From Methanothrix sp. (GTDB lineage Archaea; Halobacteriota; Methanosarcinia; Methanotrichales; Methanotrichaceae), in the NCBI GenBank assembly GCA_040770465.1, contig JAXGJB010000025.1:1-39893 (forward strand): a stretch of 39,893 bases of DNA. Reading direction: 5' to 3'. Positions 9,432 through 18,689 of the stretch are shown here, piece by piece. The position numbers were made by a program, and so were the translations under genes. The notes below the pieces were generated by a model. The model was not told where the DNA came from and did no database searches. It saw only the letters and a list, made by a program, of their open reading frames with translations. Positions within the stretch are counted from its first letter, which is position 1, and each line of letters opens with the position of its first letter.

Positions 9432-10481
9432 ATGCAGCTAGTGATCAATACATATGGGTCATATCTGAGAAAAAGCGGGAGCTGTTTTTTGGTAAAGAAG
9501 GACGATAAAAGCTTCGAGGTATCGGCGAACAAAATCAACAGCATCCTGATCTCCACAGCTGCATACATCACGACGGACGCCATCAAGATGGCGGTGGACA
9601 ACAACATAGACATCGTCTTTCTCGACGCCCACGGAGACCCATACGGCAGGGTCTGGCATCCCAAGCTGGGGAGCACCACCCTGATCCGGAGAAGGCAGCT
9701 TGAGATCTACGATACCGCTGATGGCCTGAACCTGGCCAAGGAGTGGGGGTTGAAGAAGCTCGATAATCAGATCACCCTTCTTTATCGGTTGAAGAAGCCA
9801 AGGCCGGAGAAGGGGGACGATCTAGCCGGCTACATCCAGGAGATCGAGCGGTCCCGCGAGGATATGAGGCGGCTTCGGGGCAGCATCGATTTCAGGAGGC
9901 AGGAGATGCTCGGACTGGAGGGGATGGCCTCTCGAGCCTACTTCGGTGCCATCTCATCGGTGATGCCCGAAAGGTATAGTTTTGCCGGACGGAGCAGAAA
10001 CCCCGCCAAAGATGAGTTCAACGCCATGCTAAACTACGGGTACGGCGTCCTCTACTCACTGGTGGAGAAGGGGTGCATCATAGCGGGTCTGGACCCTTAC
10101 GTGGGATTTCTCCATACCGACTCTTACAACAAGAAGTCCCTGGTCTTCGATATAATCGAGATCTTCCGGACCTACATCGATGAGGCAGTCGTCCACCTAT
10201 TCACCAGACGGATGATCAAAGACGAGTTCTTCGAGCCGCTGGAGCAGGGGGTGGGCCTCTCCAAGGAGGGGAAGGCGGCCCTCATCGAGGCGGTGAACGG
10301 AGCCCTGGAGGTGCCGATCTCCTACCGGGGGCGGAACGTGAAGGTGAGGAACACCATTCAGATGGAGTGCCACAGGATCGCCAACTCTCTGATCCGTCCC
10401 GGGACGGAGCTTCCGGAGGACTTCGATGTGGACGTCCTGGACGCGGAAGAAGACGAAGAAGAAGAAGACGAAGAAGAATGA
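9432..10481 (+). CDS. cas1: CRISPR-associated endonuclease Cas1 with acidic C-terminal tail
   Basis: EGMASRAYF, FNAMLNYGY, GLDPYVGFLH, SLVFDIIEIFR. Confidence 0.96.
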   Translation: MQLVINTYGSYLRKSGSCFLVKKDDKSFEVSANKINSILISTAAYITTDAIKMAVDNNIDIVFLDAHGDPYGRVWHPKLGSTTLIRRRQLEIYDTADGLNLAKEWGLKKLDNQITLLYRLKKPRPEKGDDLAGYIQEIERSREDMRRLRGSIDFRRQEMLGLEGMASRAYFGAISSVMPERYSFAGRSRNPAKDEFNAMLNYGYGVLYSLVEKGCIIAGLDPYVGFLHTDSYNKKSLVFDIIEIFRTYIDEAVVHLFTRRMIKDEFFEPLEQGVGLSKEGKAALIEAVNGALEVPISYRGRNVKVRNTIQMECHRIANSLIRPGTELPEDFDVDVLDAEEDEEEEDEEE

Positions 10482-10534
10482 TACGGATGAGAAGGCGGGA
10501 GTCTGAAGGCAGAGTCTGAAGGCGGGAATCTCTA

Positions 10535-10822
10535 ATGCTGGTATGGACGATCTACGATATAACCGACGACAAGATCCGGAGCCGGGTGGCGAAGATATGC
10601 AAGGGCTACGGCCTCTTCCGGGTCCAGAAGAGCGCCTTTCTCGGCGACCTCAACAAAAACGAGGCCGACTCCCTGGCCCTGGAGTGCGAGGCGATCATCG
10701 AGGAGTCGGACTCGGTCTACGTCTTTCCCATCTGCGAGGACTGCTTTGAGAAGATCAAGCTGATCGGCGAGGGGTTCGACCGGGATCTGGTGGCAGGGAT
10801 CATCACCACCAAGATATTCTGA
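10535..10822 (+). CDS. cas2: CRISPR-associated Cas2
   Basis: YDITDDKIR, RVQKSAF. Confidence 0.95.
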   Translation: MLVWTIYDITDDKIRSRVAKICKGYGLFRVQKSAFLGDLNKNEADSLALECEAIIEESDSVYVFPICEDCFEKIKLIGEGFDRDLVAGIITTKIF

Positions 10823-10829
10823 GGAAAAC

Positions 10830-11489
10830 ATGAAGCTGGAGACGAAGCCCGTGGTCGATATCTCGCCAGCCGCGGAAGAGAAGGCGGGAGGGGAGACGGA
10901 GGAGGAGGTCTTCATCACCGTCTCTGATGCCCTGGAATATCTCTTCTGCCCGCGGTTCATATTCTTCGAGCGGTGCCTGATGATACCTGAGCATCAGGAG
11001 AGACGCTACAAGGTTCTGAAGGGGAGGGAGCTCCATGAGAGCCGCGAGAAGGTGAACCGGGACTACGTCCGAAAGAGGCTCAAATGCACGGGAAAGGAGA
11101 TCTCGGTTTACCTCACTTCGCGGAGGTATCACCTCAAGGGGGAGGTGGACGAGGTCCTCTTCCTGGAGGACGGGACTGCCGCGCCGATGGACTACAAGTT
11201 CGCTGAGTGGAAGAAGACCGTGTACAGGACACACAAATACCAGGCAGCCCTCTACGGCCTTCTCATAGCGGAGCATTATGGCGTCGAGGTGAACCGGGGC
11301 TTTGTATGCTACGCCAGAAGCAATCATCACGTGGAGGAGGTAAACCTGAGGGATAAAGATTATAAGAGAGCAGAGCAGATGGTGCGCGAGATACTTATGA
11401 TAATTCAGAGGGGATATTATCCCGACGGGACGAAGCAGAAGGCGAGGTGCGTGGACTGCACGTATAGGAACGTATGCACAAGAAACTAA
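10830..11489 (+). CDS. cas4: CRISPR-associated exonuclease Cas4
   Basis: YLFCPR, GEVD, DYK, Q...Y, C-terminal CVDCTYRNVC Fe-S ligands. Confidence 0.94.
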   Translation: MKLETKPVVDISPAAEEKAGGETEEEVFITVSDALEYLFCPRFIFFERCLMIPEHQERRYKVLKGRELHESREKVNRDYVRKRLKCTGKEISVYLTSRRYHLKGEVDEVLFLEDGTAAPMDYKFAEWKKTVYRTHKYQAALYGLLIAEHYGVEVNRGFVCYARSNHHVEEVNLRDKDYKRAEQMVREILMIIQRGYYPDGTKQKARCVDCTYRNVCTRN

Positions 11490-11516
11490 ACTCGACTAGG
11501 TCGAAGGAATGATTCG

Positions 11517-13535
11517 ATGCTCGATGCTATGAGAAACTTGGGTATTTTAAAGATGATCGATGTAATTGATGAATTGGAACCTAGTGCCTTAGAATCCGCG
11601 GAGGCTTTTACAGAACAACGAAAAAAAGCTATAATTAGTGGAACTTACGCAAAACTGCAATTCGAACCCATAGATAATGAAACAATAGGCATCTTTTCGC
11701 TTGATTCTGATGGAAATGTACAATTTATCGAAGAAAACGTATCAGATGACAGTTGGAAATATCTATTTTTAAAAACATCACCAAGGGGAATATACGCAAC
11801 TCCAACATGGAAAAGGGAAGAGAGAAATAAAAAAATTATTGGTGACGCAAAGCTAAAAAGAACTGTAGAGAAGTATATAGAAGATTCAAAGCACAATGAT
11901 GCAGAATGGGTGCAGAAAATTGCCAAGATATTTCTCTCAGACCGTATAGAAATTGGTGAATTAAAAGAAAGTGGCGAAATAGAAAAGAAAACATTTTATG
12001 ATACAATAACATGGGCAATGAAAACCAAAAATATAAAAGTTTTTTCAATTAAGATTGAGGGGAAATATAATGCAGATATCGATGAACTTCTTGAAATTGC
12101 ATTGCAAAATAAGCCGAAGGAGATATATCAAACAAAAGAAGCTAGATCCCTAAGTCCATGCGAAATCAAATGTAGTCTCTGCAATATGAATGGGGATTTA
12201 TATCCAGACGTCCTTTATGGGGTAGGTATAAATATATCAAATGTTGATAAATCGGTATTTTTCCCTGGAGTAGATAAAGAAAATTCCTGCAAGGCTTTTC
12301 CGATATGTGCTTCATGTGCGGAAGCCCTTTATGCGGCCAAGTTTCACGTTTTCAATAGTGATTCCGAGCTTAGGCAAGATATTTCTGGCCATAAATCTCT
12401 CATAATTCCTCACTTGGTCAAAAGCAGTAATAAATACGAAGGTCTTGATATAATTATAAACGCATTGAATCGATATAAAAAAGAAATCCCAGAGGACCAA
12501 ATTGCAGAGAGGAATATACTAAAGGATTTATCACAAATTAATAATATATCAACGATAACATTTGTGATGGGTGACGTGGCAGGTCAAAATATTAAGAATA
12601 TTCGAAAAATAATCCCTGATGTGCTTCCGTCTAGGCTCTCCCAAATAGCAACTGCAATTGACGAAACAAATGATTTCTGGAGATTGCTCCCTATTGATCA
12701 TCCATGGAAGGATCAGAATAATAAACCAATGGATGGGAGTCTGAGACTAATTCGAGATGTACTCGGGATACCAAAATATTTGAAACCTTTGAATAAAGGA
12801 AAGAGGGCTCCATACAAAGCAGAGTATGTGGATAGTTTGGATATTTTGAATGCAATTTTTCTCAAAAGGGACTATAATCTAAAAGATATTATTGCTGAAT
12901 TTTCATCCAAATTATCATATGATGTTCTCGGTGTAACTTCTTATAAGGTCACATCATCGATTGCGAGAAGTACCGAGAGAACTATTGCAAATCAAGTATA
13001 TTCAATAAGAACCAACATCTCTAAAATGATATTTCTGCTATTGTTTTTTGAGAAAGTGGGCGTGATAAAGATGGAGAGAGGAAAAAGCTACGTTAGCAAA
13101 TATTTGGAACGTCACGAAGGATTGAAGCCGCTTAACACGTTTTTAAGTGACGAATCTAAAGGCATAAATACTAAAGAAAAAGAATATGCATTTTTAGTGG
13201 GACTACTTTTTGGTAAATTAGTTAGCATTCAAATGGCAAAAAAAATATCAAGCAATGCGATAAAATGGCTCAAAGGCCTGCAGTTGAGCCAACAAGATCT
13301 GATGGAAATATTTGTAAAGACTAGGAGCAAGCTTGACGATTATAGCATTCCCAAGAGTGCGTGGTCCGATGAAATGAAGGGTGTTGCTGAAGCGATTGGT
13401 GCCATTGGTGCGGATATTGAGAATTGGGATATTAGTAGGAAAGAAATTGCATTCTATTTGTGTGTTGGTCAGAGCCTATCTGGCTATTACTTACCGAGCA
13501 AGAGCAAATTTGAATCATATGATGGGAGTGATTAA
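11517..13535 (+). CDS. cas8b: Type I-B large subunit Cas8b (Csh1/TM1802-like)
   Basis: CSLC...FPICASC Zn finger, AFLVGLL.G Cas11-like C-terminal region, position before cas7. Confidence 0.85.
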   Translation: MLDAMRNLGILKMIDVIDELEPSALESAEAFTEQRKKAIISGTYAKLQFEPIDNETIGIFSLDSDGNVQFIEENVSDDSWKYLFLKTSPRGIYATPTWKREERNKKIIGDAKLKRTVEKYIEDSKHNDAEWVQKIAKIFLSDRIEIGELKESGEIEKKTFYDTITWAMKTKNIKVFSIKIEGKYNADIDELLEIALQNKPKEIYQTKEARSLSPCEIKCSLCNMNGDLYPDVLYGVGINISNVDKSVFFPGVDKENSCKAFPICASCAEALYAAKFHVFNSDSELRQDISGHKSLIIPHLVKSSNKYEGLDIIINALNRYKKEIPEDQIAERNILKDLSQINNISTITFVMGDVAGQNIKNIRKIIPDVLPSRLSQIATAIDETNDFWRLLPIDHPWKDQNNKPMDGSLRLIRDVLGIPKYLKPLNKGKRAPYKAEYVDSLDILNAIFLKRDYNLKDIIAEFSSKLSYDVLGVTSYKVTSSIARSTERTIANQVYSIRTNISKMIFLLLFFEKVGVIKMERGKSYVSKYLERHEGLKPLNTFLSDESKGINTKEKEYAFLVGLLFGKLVSIQMAKKISSNAIKWLKGLQLSQQDLMEIFVKTRSKLDDYSIPKSAWSDEMKGVAEAIGAIGADIENWDISRKEIAFYLCVGQSLSGYYLPSKSKFESYDGSD

Positions 13536-13578
13536 AATGACGGACGAAGTAGCGTCGAAGGTGGCTGGGAGGATAAAC

Positions 13579-14610
13579 ATGAAAAATAGAAATGAGTTCC
13601 TGTTTATTTATGATATCAAAAATGGCAATCCGAACGGCGATCCGGACGAAAATAGACCACGAATCGATGATGTTACAAAGCACTGCTACGTTACGGATGT
13701 TCGTTTAAAGAGATTCATAAGGGACTATCTTATACAAACAGAAGGGGAAGATTGTATTCTGGTTACAAAACTGGGAACAAAAACTGTCAATCTTACAGAT
13801 AGGGTCAAAGATAGCCTTGAAAAAAAGAAGTTAGAAGGCAACGAGCTTATGGATTCCCTGCTGGACAGATTCATAGATTTGAGGATGTTCGGGAGTCCTC
13901 TAGCATTCAAAAGTGCTCCAAAAGAATGGGGTGAGACCGGCAAAATCACAGGTCCAATACAGATCAATTTCGGCGAGACGCTCCACAAAGTTGAGGAAGT
14001 GACCTTCCACGGAACAAGTATTTTCAGGTCCAAAGGAGAAGCAGACGAGTCGGAACAGAGGATGGGGACCTTTACCACATATTACGCAATTCCTTATGGG
14101 CTCATTGTATTTCATGGCATCGCAAACGAGAATGCAGCAATTACCACTGGACTTAGCGAAGAGGATTTCCTTAAATTCAAGGTTGCTCTTTGGAAGGGTA
14201 TCAGAGAGACGACCTCTGCTCATACCCGAACAAAACGCGATCAGCAGCCAAGAATGCTTCTGAATATTGTATTTAAAGAAAAGATAAAAATAGTAGAAAA
14301 TGGCGAAGAGAAATATGTTCCAACAGAGTACCATATCGGTTCGCTAGAGGAAAAAATTGAATTGAACCCGATAAATATGATAAATGAGGAGATAAATATA
14401 CGAAAAATCGGGGATTACATCCTCGATTTCACAAAATTAATCAAATCCGTCATGATAGCCCAAGATAAGATCGAGAGAATTGAATATTGTTTCTCTCCAG
14501 AATTCAAGGAGCTCTATTGTATAGATCTAATCTCCCAGCTGAAACAGATGGCCGAGAGCAGCGAACGAAGTTTCGAATTATTGGATTTGGACATTGATAG
14601 ACTTAAATGA
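13579..14610 (+). CDS. cas7: Type I-B Cas7 (Csh2)
   Basis: NRNEFLFIYD..NGNPNGDP..NRPR, TDVRLKR.IRDY, D.RMFG, TGPIQ; GGAGGA RBS (alternative start 13537). Confidence 0.93.
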   Translation: MKNRNEFLFIYDIKNGNPNGDPDENRPRIDDVTKHCYVTDVRLKRFIRDYLIQTEGEDCILVTKLGTKTVNLTDRVKDSLEKKKLEGNELMDSLLDRFIDLRMFGSPLAFKSAPKEWGETGKITGPIQINFGETLHKVEEVTFHGTSIFRSKGEADESEQRMGTFTTYYAIPYGLIVFHGIANENAAITTGLSEEDFLKFKVALWKGIRETTSAHTRTKRDQQPRMLLNIVFKEKIKIVENGEEKYVPTEYHIGSLEEKIELNPINMINEEINIRKIGDYILDFTKLIKSVMIAQDKIERIEYCFSPEFKELYCIDLISQLKQMAESSERSFELLDLDIDRLK

Positions 14611-14623
14611 TGAGTTGATAGAT

Positions 14624-15394
14624 ATGATAACGGATAGCCCCACCATAATTTCTTTTAGATATCAGGCAAAATATGGTCATTTTAGAAAACCTTACAGCAA
14701 CGTCTCATCTTTATCTTATCCATTTCCACCGAGAACTGCCTTAGCAGGTCTCCTTGGTGCGATACTCGGTATTCCGAAGGCAGAAGTTCCATTAATAATG
14801 GATACAAATAATTTAAAAATTGCCGTCGAAATCGAAAAACCCATAAAAACGATCACCCATGTAACGAACTTTCGAAAAGATGGTGCTGGAAGAATAAATT
14901 ATTCGATCAAGCGCTCTAAAAGGATCAAAAAGCAGGATGAATTGAAGAACATTCCGGATTGGAATGCAGCTACTCAAATACCACAAGAGCTTTTAAGATA
15001 TCCTTCATATATAATTTATGTCAGCTTAAGAGATAATATGGGCGAGTTCATTTCACGAATCAGGACGAAAAGGTTCGTATATACTCCTTGCATGGGATTA
15101 TCGGGTTTCTTGGCAGAATTGGATTATATTTCAGAAGGAGTCGGCAAGCAACTAGATCCTGGACAATACGATGTATCCACGGTGACCGACAAAGCTTATG
15201 GCTCTTTATCGCTGGATTGGCTGGATGAAACAGAAAATAAGCATGTTTTGGAGGTTTTAGCTCCACATCTTGGCTCTCCCGATAGAAGATTTACTTATAA
15301 GCGTTATCTATTGAACATGCTTTCAAAACCATTACCTCTAAATATGACAGGCAATAGTTATGAATTCGAACATAAAATAATTTCCTTTCTTTAG
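14624..15394 (+). CDS. cas5: Type I-B Cas5
   Basis: GHFRKPYSN.SSLSYPFPPRTALAGLLGAILG; YTPCMG. Confidence 0.92.
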   Translation: MITDSPTIISFRYQAKYGHFRKPYSNVSSLSYPFPPRTALAGLLGAILGIPKAEVPLIMDTNNLKIAVEIEKPIKTITHVTNFRKDGAGRINYSIKRSKRIKKQDELKNIPDWNAATQIPQELLRYPSYIIYVSLRDNMGEFISRIRTKRFVYTPCMGLSGFLAELDYISEGVGKQLDPGQYDVSTVTDKAYGSLSLDWLDETENKHVLEVLAPHLGSPDRRFTYKRYLLNMLSKPLPLNMTGNSYEFEHKIISFL

Positions 15395-15405
15395 AAGGAC
15401 GGAGC

Positions 15406-17871
15406 ATGGATCGCAATTTAATATCTCACACATTTAATAAGTCGTCTCCTAAAACACTAGCGCTATGGGATCATTTAGATCAGGTTATAAATGTAACTAA
15501 ATATCTAATATCTTTAAAATCTTTAAATTTTAATGAATTATCCGAACAGCAGATAAAAGATATCTGCATCTTTATCGCAGCGTGCCATGACTTTGGCAAA
15601 AGTACAATATTCTTCCAGGACTATATAAGAAGTGCATCAGAGAACAGAGAGTTTTCCGGGGATATCAAAGAAAAATCTCATGCACTCATTTCAGCATTTT
15701 TTGGTTATTATGTAATAGATAAATGGATTTCAAATGAGCAATTGGAATCTCATTGGAAGTCTTTCTTGCCTTTTGCAGTTTTTCTGGCTATCGAGGGACA
15801 TCATACATCGTATAAAAGCATTGGTGAGATTCTCAATAGTACTGAACAGAATTATAAGCTACTACAGAAGCAAATCGAAAACATTTGTCCCGAAATTTTT
15901 GAATACAAGTTCGATAATATAGACTTTTATTCTTACAAGGATTTTAATATCAATCATGTCGATGAAATCTCAAGCAAACTTAGAAAATTCGGCAGAGAAT
16001 ATAAAAGAGCTCCAAAGGGATACGACAAGGATAAATGGTTAGATACTCAGATAGAACATCGGATATTAGCCTTGTTCTTATATTCTATTCTCCTAGAAGC
16101 TGATAAAGCTTATTTAGCCTCAGACAAACCAAATCAGTATGAGAGAAAACCTATTGTTATCATGGAAAATATCGTCGATAACTATATTAATAAGATAAGC
16201 GACGATAAAACGATAAATAATGATCGAAATAAAGCCTACAAAGAAACGATATCTGGGATTTATTCGATTCCCTCAGAAGAGAGAATCCATTCGATCACTC
16301 TGCCAACAGGTTTAGGTAAAACCCTGCTTTCAGCTTCCTGGGCATTTAAGCTTAGGAATATTATTGAAATTAATAATCATTTCATCCCGAAAATAATTGT
16401 ATCTCTTCCATTTCTCTCTATAATCGAGCAGACTGACGCGGAATATAAAAAGTTCCTTGGGGATATTTATAAGCAGCATGAAGAAAGGCTATATTTTCCC
16501 AGTTATTCCATTTCGGATTTCCGATATAGAGATGGTGTCGATGATTCAGAACGAAGTAAGAATTCTATAGATTTTTTCTTAAATATATGGAATGCAGAGA
16601 TCATTATTACAACATACGACCAATTACTCTACTCATTATTTTCTTTTAAGGCAAAACATATATTACGATTTCATAACCTATTTAACTCAATAATCGTCTT
16701 TGATGAAATCCAAGCTCTGCCTTCAGAACTGTGGGTGCCATTTGAAAAATTCTTCAGAAAATTAACAGAAGTCGGGAACACTCATATTTTACTCATGTCT
16801 GCAACTCAGCCAGGCTTTGTACCTGGTGCAAAAGAGCAAGTCCCGAATCATGAGGACTATTTTGAAGGTCGCAAGAGAGTAGAATTGCAGATTGAACCAG
16901 AGAAGGAGGGCTTTGGAGAATTTCTGGAGAGATTGCCAAGTATTCTCAAGGCTCATGCAGACAAATCAATGATGATCGTACTCAATACAAGAGAATGCAG
17001 CAAATTGGTATACAAAGAAGCAAGAATAATATTGGATAACTCACGACCTATATTTTATCTCTCCTCACTCGTTGCTCCTTCTCAAAGAAATGAGCGTATC
17101 TTAAAAATAAAAGATTCCCTTAAGCAGAATGAGAAACCGTTGATTGTGACCACTCAGTGTATCGAAGCCGGAGTAGATATCGACATAGAATACGTCTTAA
17201 GAGATTGGGCTCCATTGGATTCAATTTTTCAGGTTAGCGGAAGATGCAATCGCAATGGATTGAAGGAATCGGGCCACGTTGAAATAATTCATCTGGAATC
17301 CGATAAGGGGAGAGCTTTCTCTCAAATGATTTACGACGATATAAAATTGGACTCAACAGCCTTCAGCTTGAGAGAAATAGGACTCAACATACTGGAAGAA
17401 CATTTTTATAAATTAGGAATGAAATATTTCGATCTTATACGCGAAAGAATTGGGCAATCCATGAAAATAGTGAATGCTTATGCCCTTTATTCCCACGTAT
17501 ACAATGATAACGGCAAAGAAGTCACAGCTGATATAAAAAAATTACTAAGAGATGATGGTTACCAGGAACAATTTATTATAACTTCATTAGATCCAGAACT
17601 TGAAATTAAACTTCGGGAAGCCATGGACATAAACGATAGATGGGAACGACGTTATGCGATAAAATCCTTGAGAAAACGTATCGCAGCAAACTCAGTTAAT
17701 GTTCAATTTCATCCATGGATGCAAGTTCGACCTGATGATTTGACTATTTATAAAATTGGAAATTTCCGGATATTGGATAAGAGATATTACGACAAGGATG
17801 GAGTCGGTCTAGACGTTGACACAAAAGAGCCGATTGGAGGTTGCATAATCTCTTCAGAGGAAGGATTATGA
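15406..17871 (+). CDS. cas3: Cas3 HD nuclease-helicase
   Basis: DHL, HDFGK, GHH, ADK; LPTGLGKT, DEIQ, MSAT, QVSGRCNR. Confidence 0.95.
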   Translation: MDRNLISHTFNKSSPKTLALWDHLDQVINVTKYLISLKSLNFNELSEQQIKDICIFIAACHDFGKSTIFFQDYIRSASENREFSGDIKEKSHALISAFFGYYVIDKWISNEQLESHWKSFLPFAVFLAIEGHHTSYKSIGEILNSTEQNYKLLQKQIENICPEIFEYKFDNIDFYSYKDFNINHVDEISSKLRKFGREYKRAPKGYDKDKWLDTQIEHRILALFLYSILLEADKAYLASDKPNQYERKPIVIMENIVDNYINKISDDKTINNDRNKAYKETISGIYSIPSEERIHSITLPTGLGKTLLSASWAFKLRNIIEINNHFIPKIIVSLPFLSIIEQTDAEYKKFLGDIYKQHEERLYFPSYSISDFRYRDGVDDSERSKNSIDFFLNIWNAEIIITTYDQLLYSLFSFKAKHILRFHNLFNSIIVFDEIQALPSELWVPFEKFFRKLTEVGNTHILLMSATQPGFVPGAKEQVPNHEDYFEGRKRVELQIEPEKEGFGEFLERLPSILKAHADKSMMIVLNTRECSKLVYKEARIILDNSRPIFYLSSLVAPSQRNERILKIKDSLKQNEKPLIVTTQCIEAGVDIDIEYVLRDWAPLDSIFQVSGRCNRNGLKESGHVEIIHLESDKGRAFSQMIYDDIKLDSTAFSLREIGLNILEEHFYKLGMKYFDLIRERIGQSMKIVNAYALYSHVYNDNGKEVTADIKKLLRDDGYQEQFIITSLDPELEIKLREAMDINDRWERRYAIKSLRKRIAANSVNVQFHPWMQVRPDDLTIYKIGNFRILDKRYYDKDGVGLDVDTKEPIGGCIISSEEGL

Positions 17872-18524
17872 TCCTCAAAATCCTCCGCCTCACCCTACAC
17901 TCCGACGCCCCCATGCGCGGCGACGGGGCGAAGCTCCGCGGCTTCTTCGCCACCAGCTTCAACGAGCACGCCCTCCTCCACCAGCACGTGACGGACAAGC
18001 TGATCTATCGATACCCTCTCATCCAGTACAAGATGCTTCCAGAAGGCCCCCTGGTCCTGGGGATCAACGAGGGGGCCGACGTTCTGAAGGAGATCTACGA
18101 CAAGTTCGACGAGATAAAGCTTGGCGAGTCAGTCTACTCCGTCATGGAGAGGGGCGTGATCCTCAGAAGCGAGGAGTTCGGCTGCTCTCCGATGATCCAG
18201 AGCTATCGGTTTGCGACCCCGTGGCTCGCCCTCAACCAGAAGAACTACGATAGATATCGAAGGGCTTCGCGGGAGGAGAGGCGGGACCTCCTCCGGCGAA
18301 TCCTGGTGGGTAACCTCCTCTCCGCCTCCAAGGGGCTCGGGTACGTCGCCAAAGAGCATATAAGGCTGGAGGTGGGAGTTGTAACCGAGGAGATCTGCAG
18401 GCTGAAAGACGAGAAGGTGACGGGGATCAGGGGCGAGTTCACCACGAACTTCGAGATCCCGGAGCTTTTGGGTCTGGGGAAGTCCGTCTCCAGAGGCTTC
18501 GGTGCGGTCGCGAGGTTGAGGTAA
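17868..18524 (+). CDS. cas6: Cas6b-type crRNA endoribonuclease
   Basis: KLRGFF, YRYPLIQYK, TPWLALNQ, Gly-rich loop GLGKSVSRGFG; ATGA overlap with cas3. Confidence 0.9.
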   Translation: MILKILRLTLHSDAPMRGDGAKLRGFFATSFNEHALLHQHVTDKLIYRYPLIQYKMLPEGPLVLGINEGADVLKEIYDKFDEIKLGESVYSVMERGVILRSEEFGCSPMIQSYRFATPWLALNQKNYDRYRRASREERRDLLRRILVGNLLSASKGLGYVAKEHIRLEVGVVTEEICRLKDEKVTGIRGEFTTNFEIPELLGLGKSVSRGFGAVARLR

Positions 18525-18689
18525 AAAATGGTTCATCTCTTCTTATGAGTTGGTCTGAGTATAGGCCCAAAGCCCCCCGGCAGGAATGAATTTATAAGGG
18601 ATTCAATAAATTCTACTCATGCCCGAGGGAGGGTCTGAAAAGGCCGGTTTAACACCCAGAAACAGGGAAAAGGACGAAAATCGGCCGCT
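18525..18689 (+). promoter_or_regulatory. CRISPR leader with TATA box (TTTATAA at 18591)
   Basis: Non-coding stretch between cas6 and repeat 1, A-rich 3' part; repeat ends in ATTGAAAC on this strand. Confidence 0.8.
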
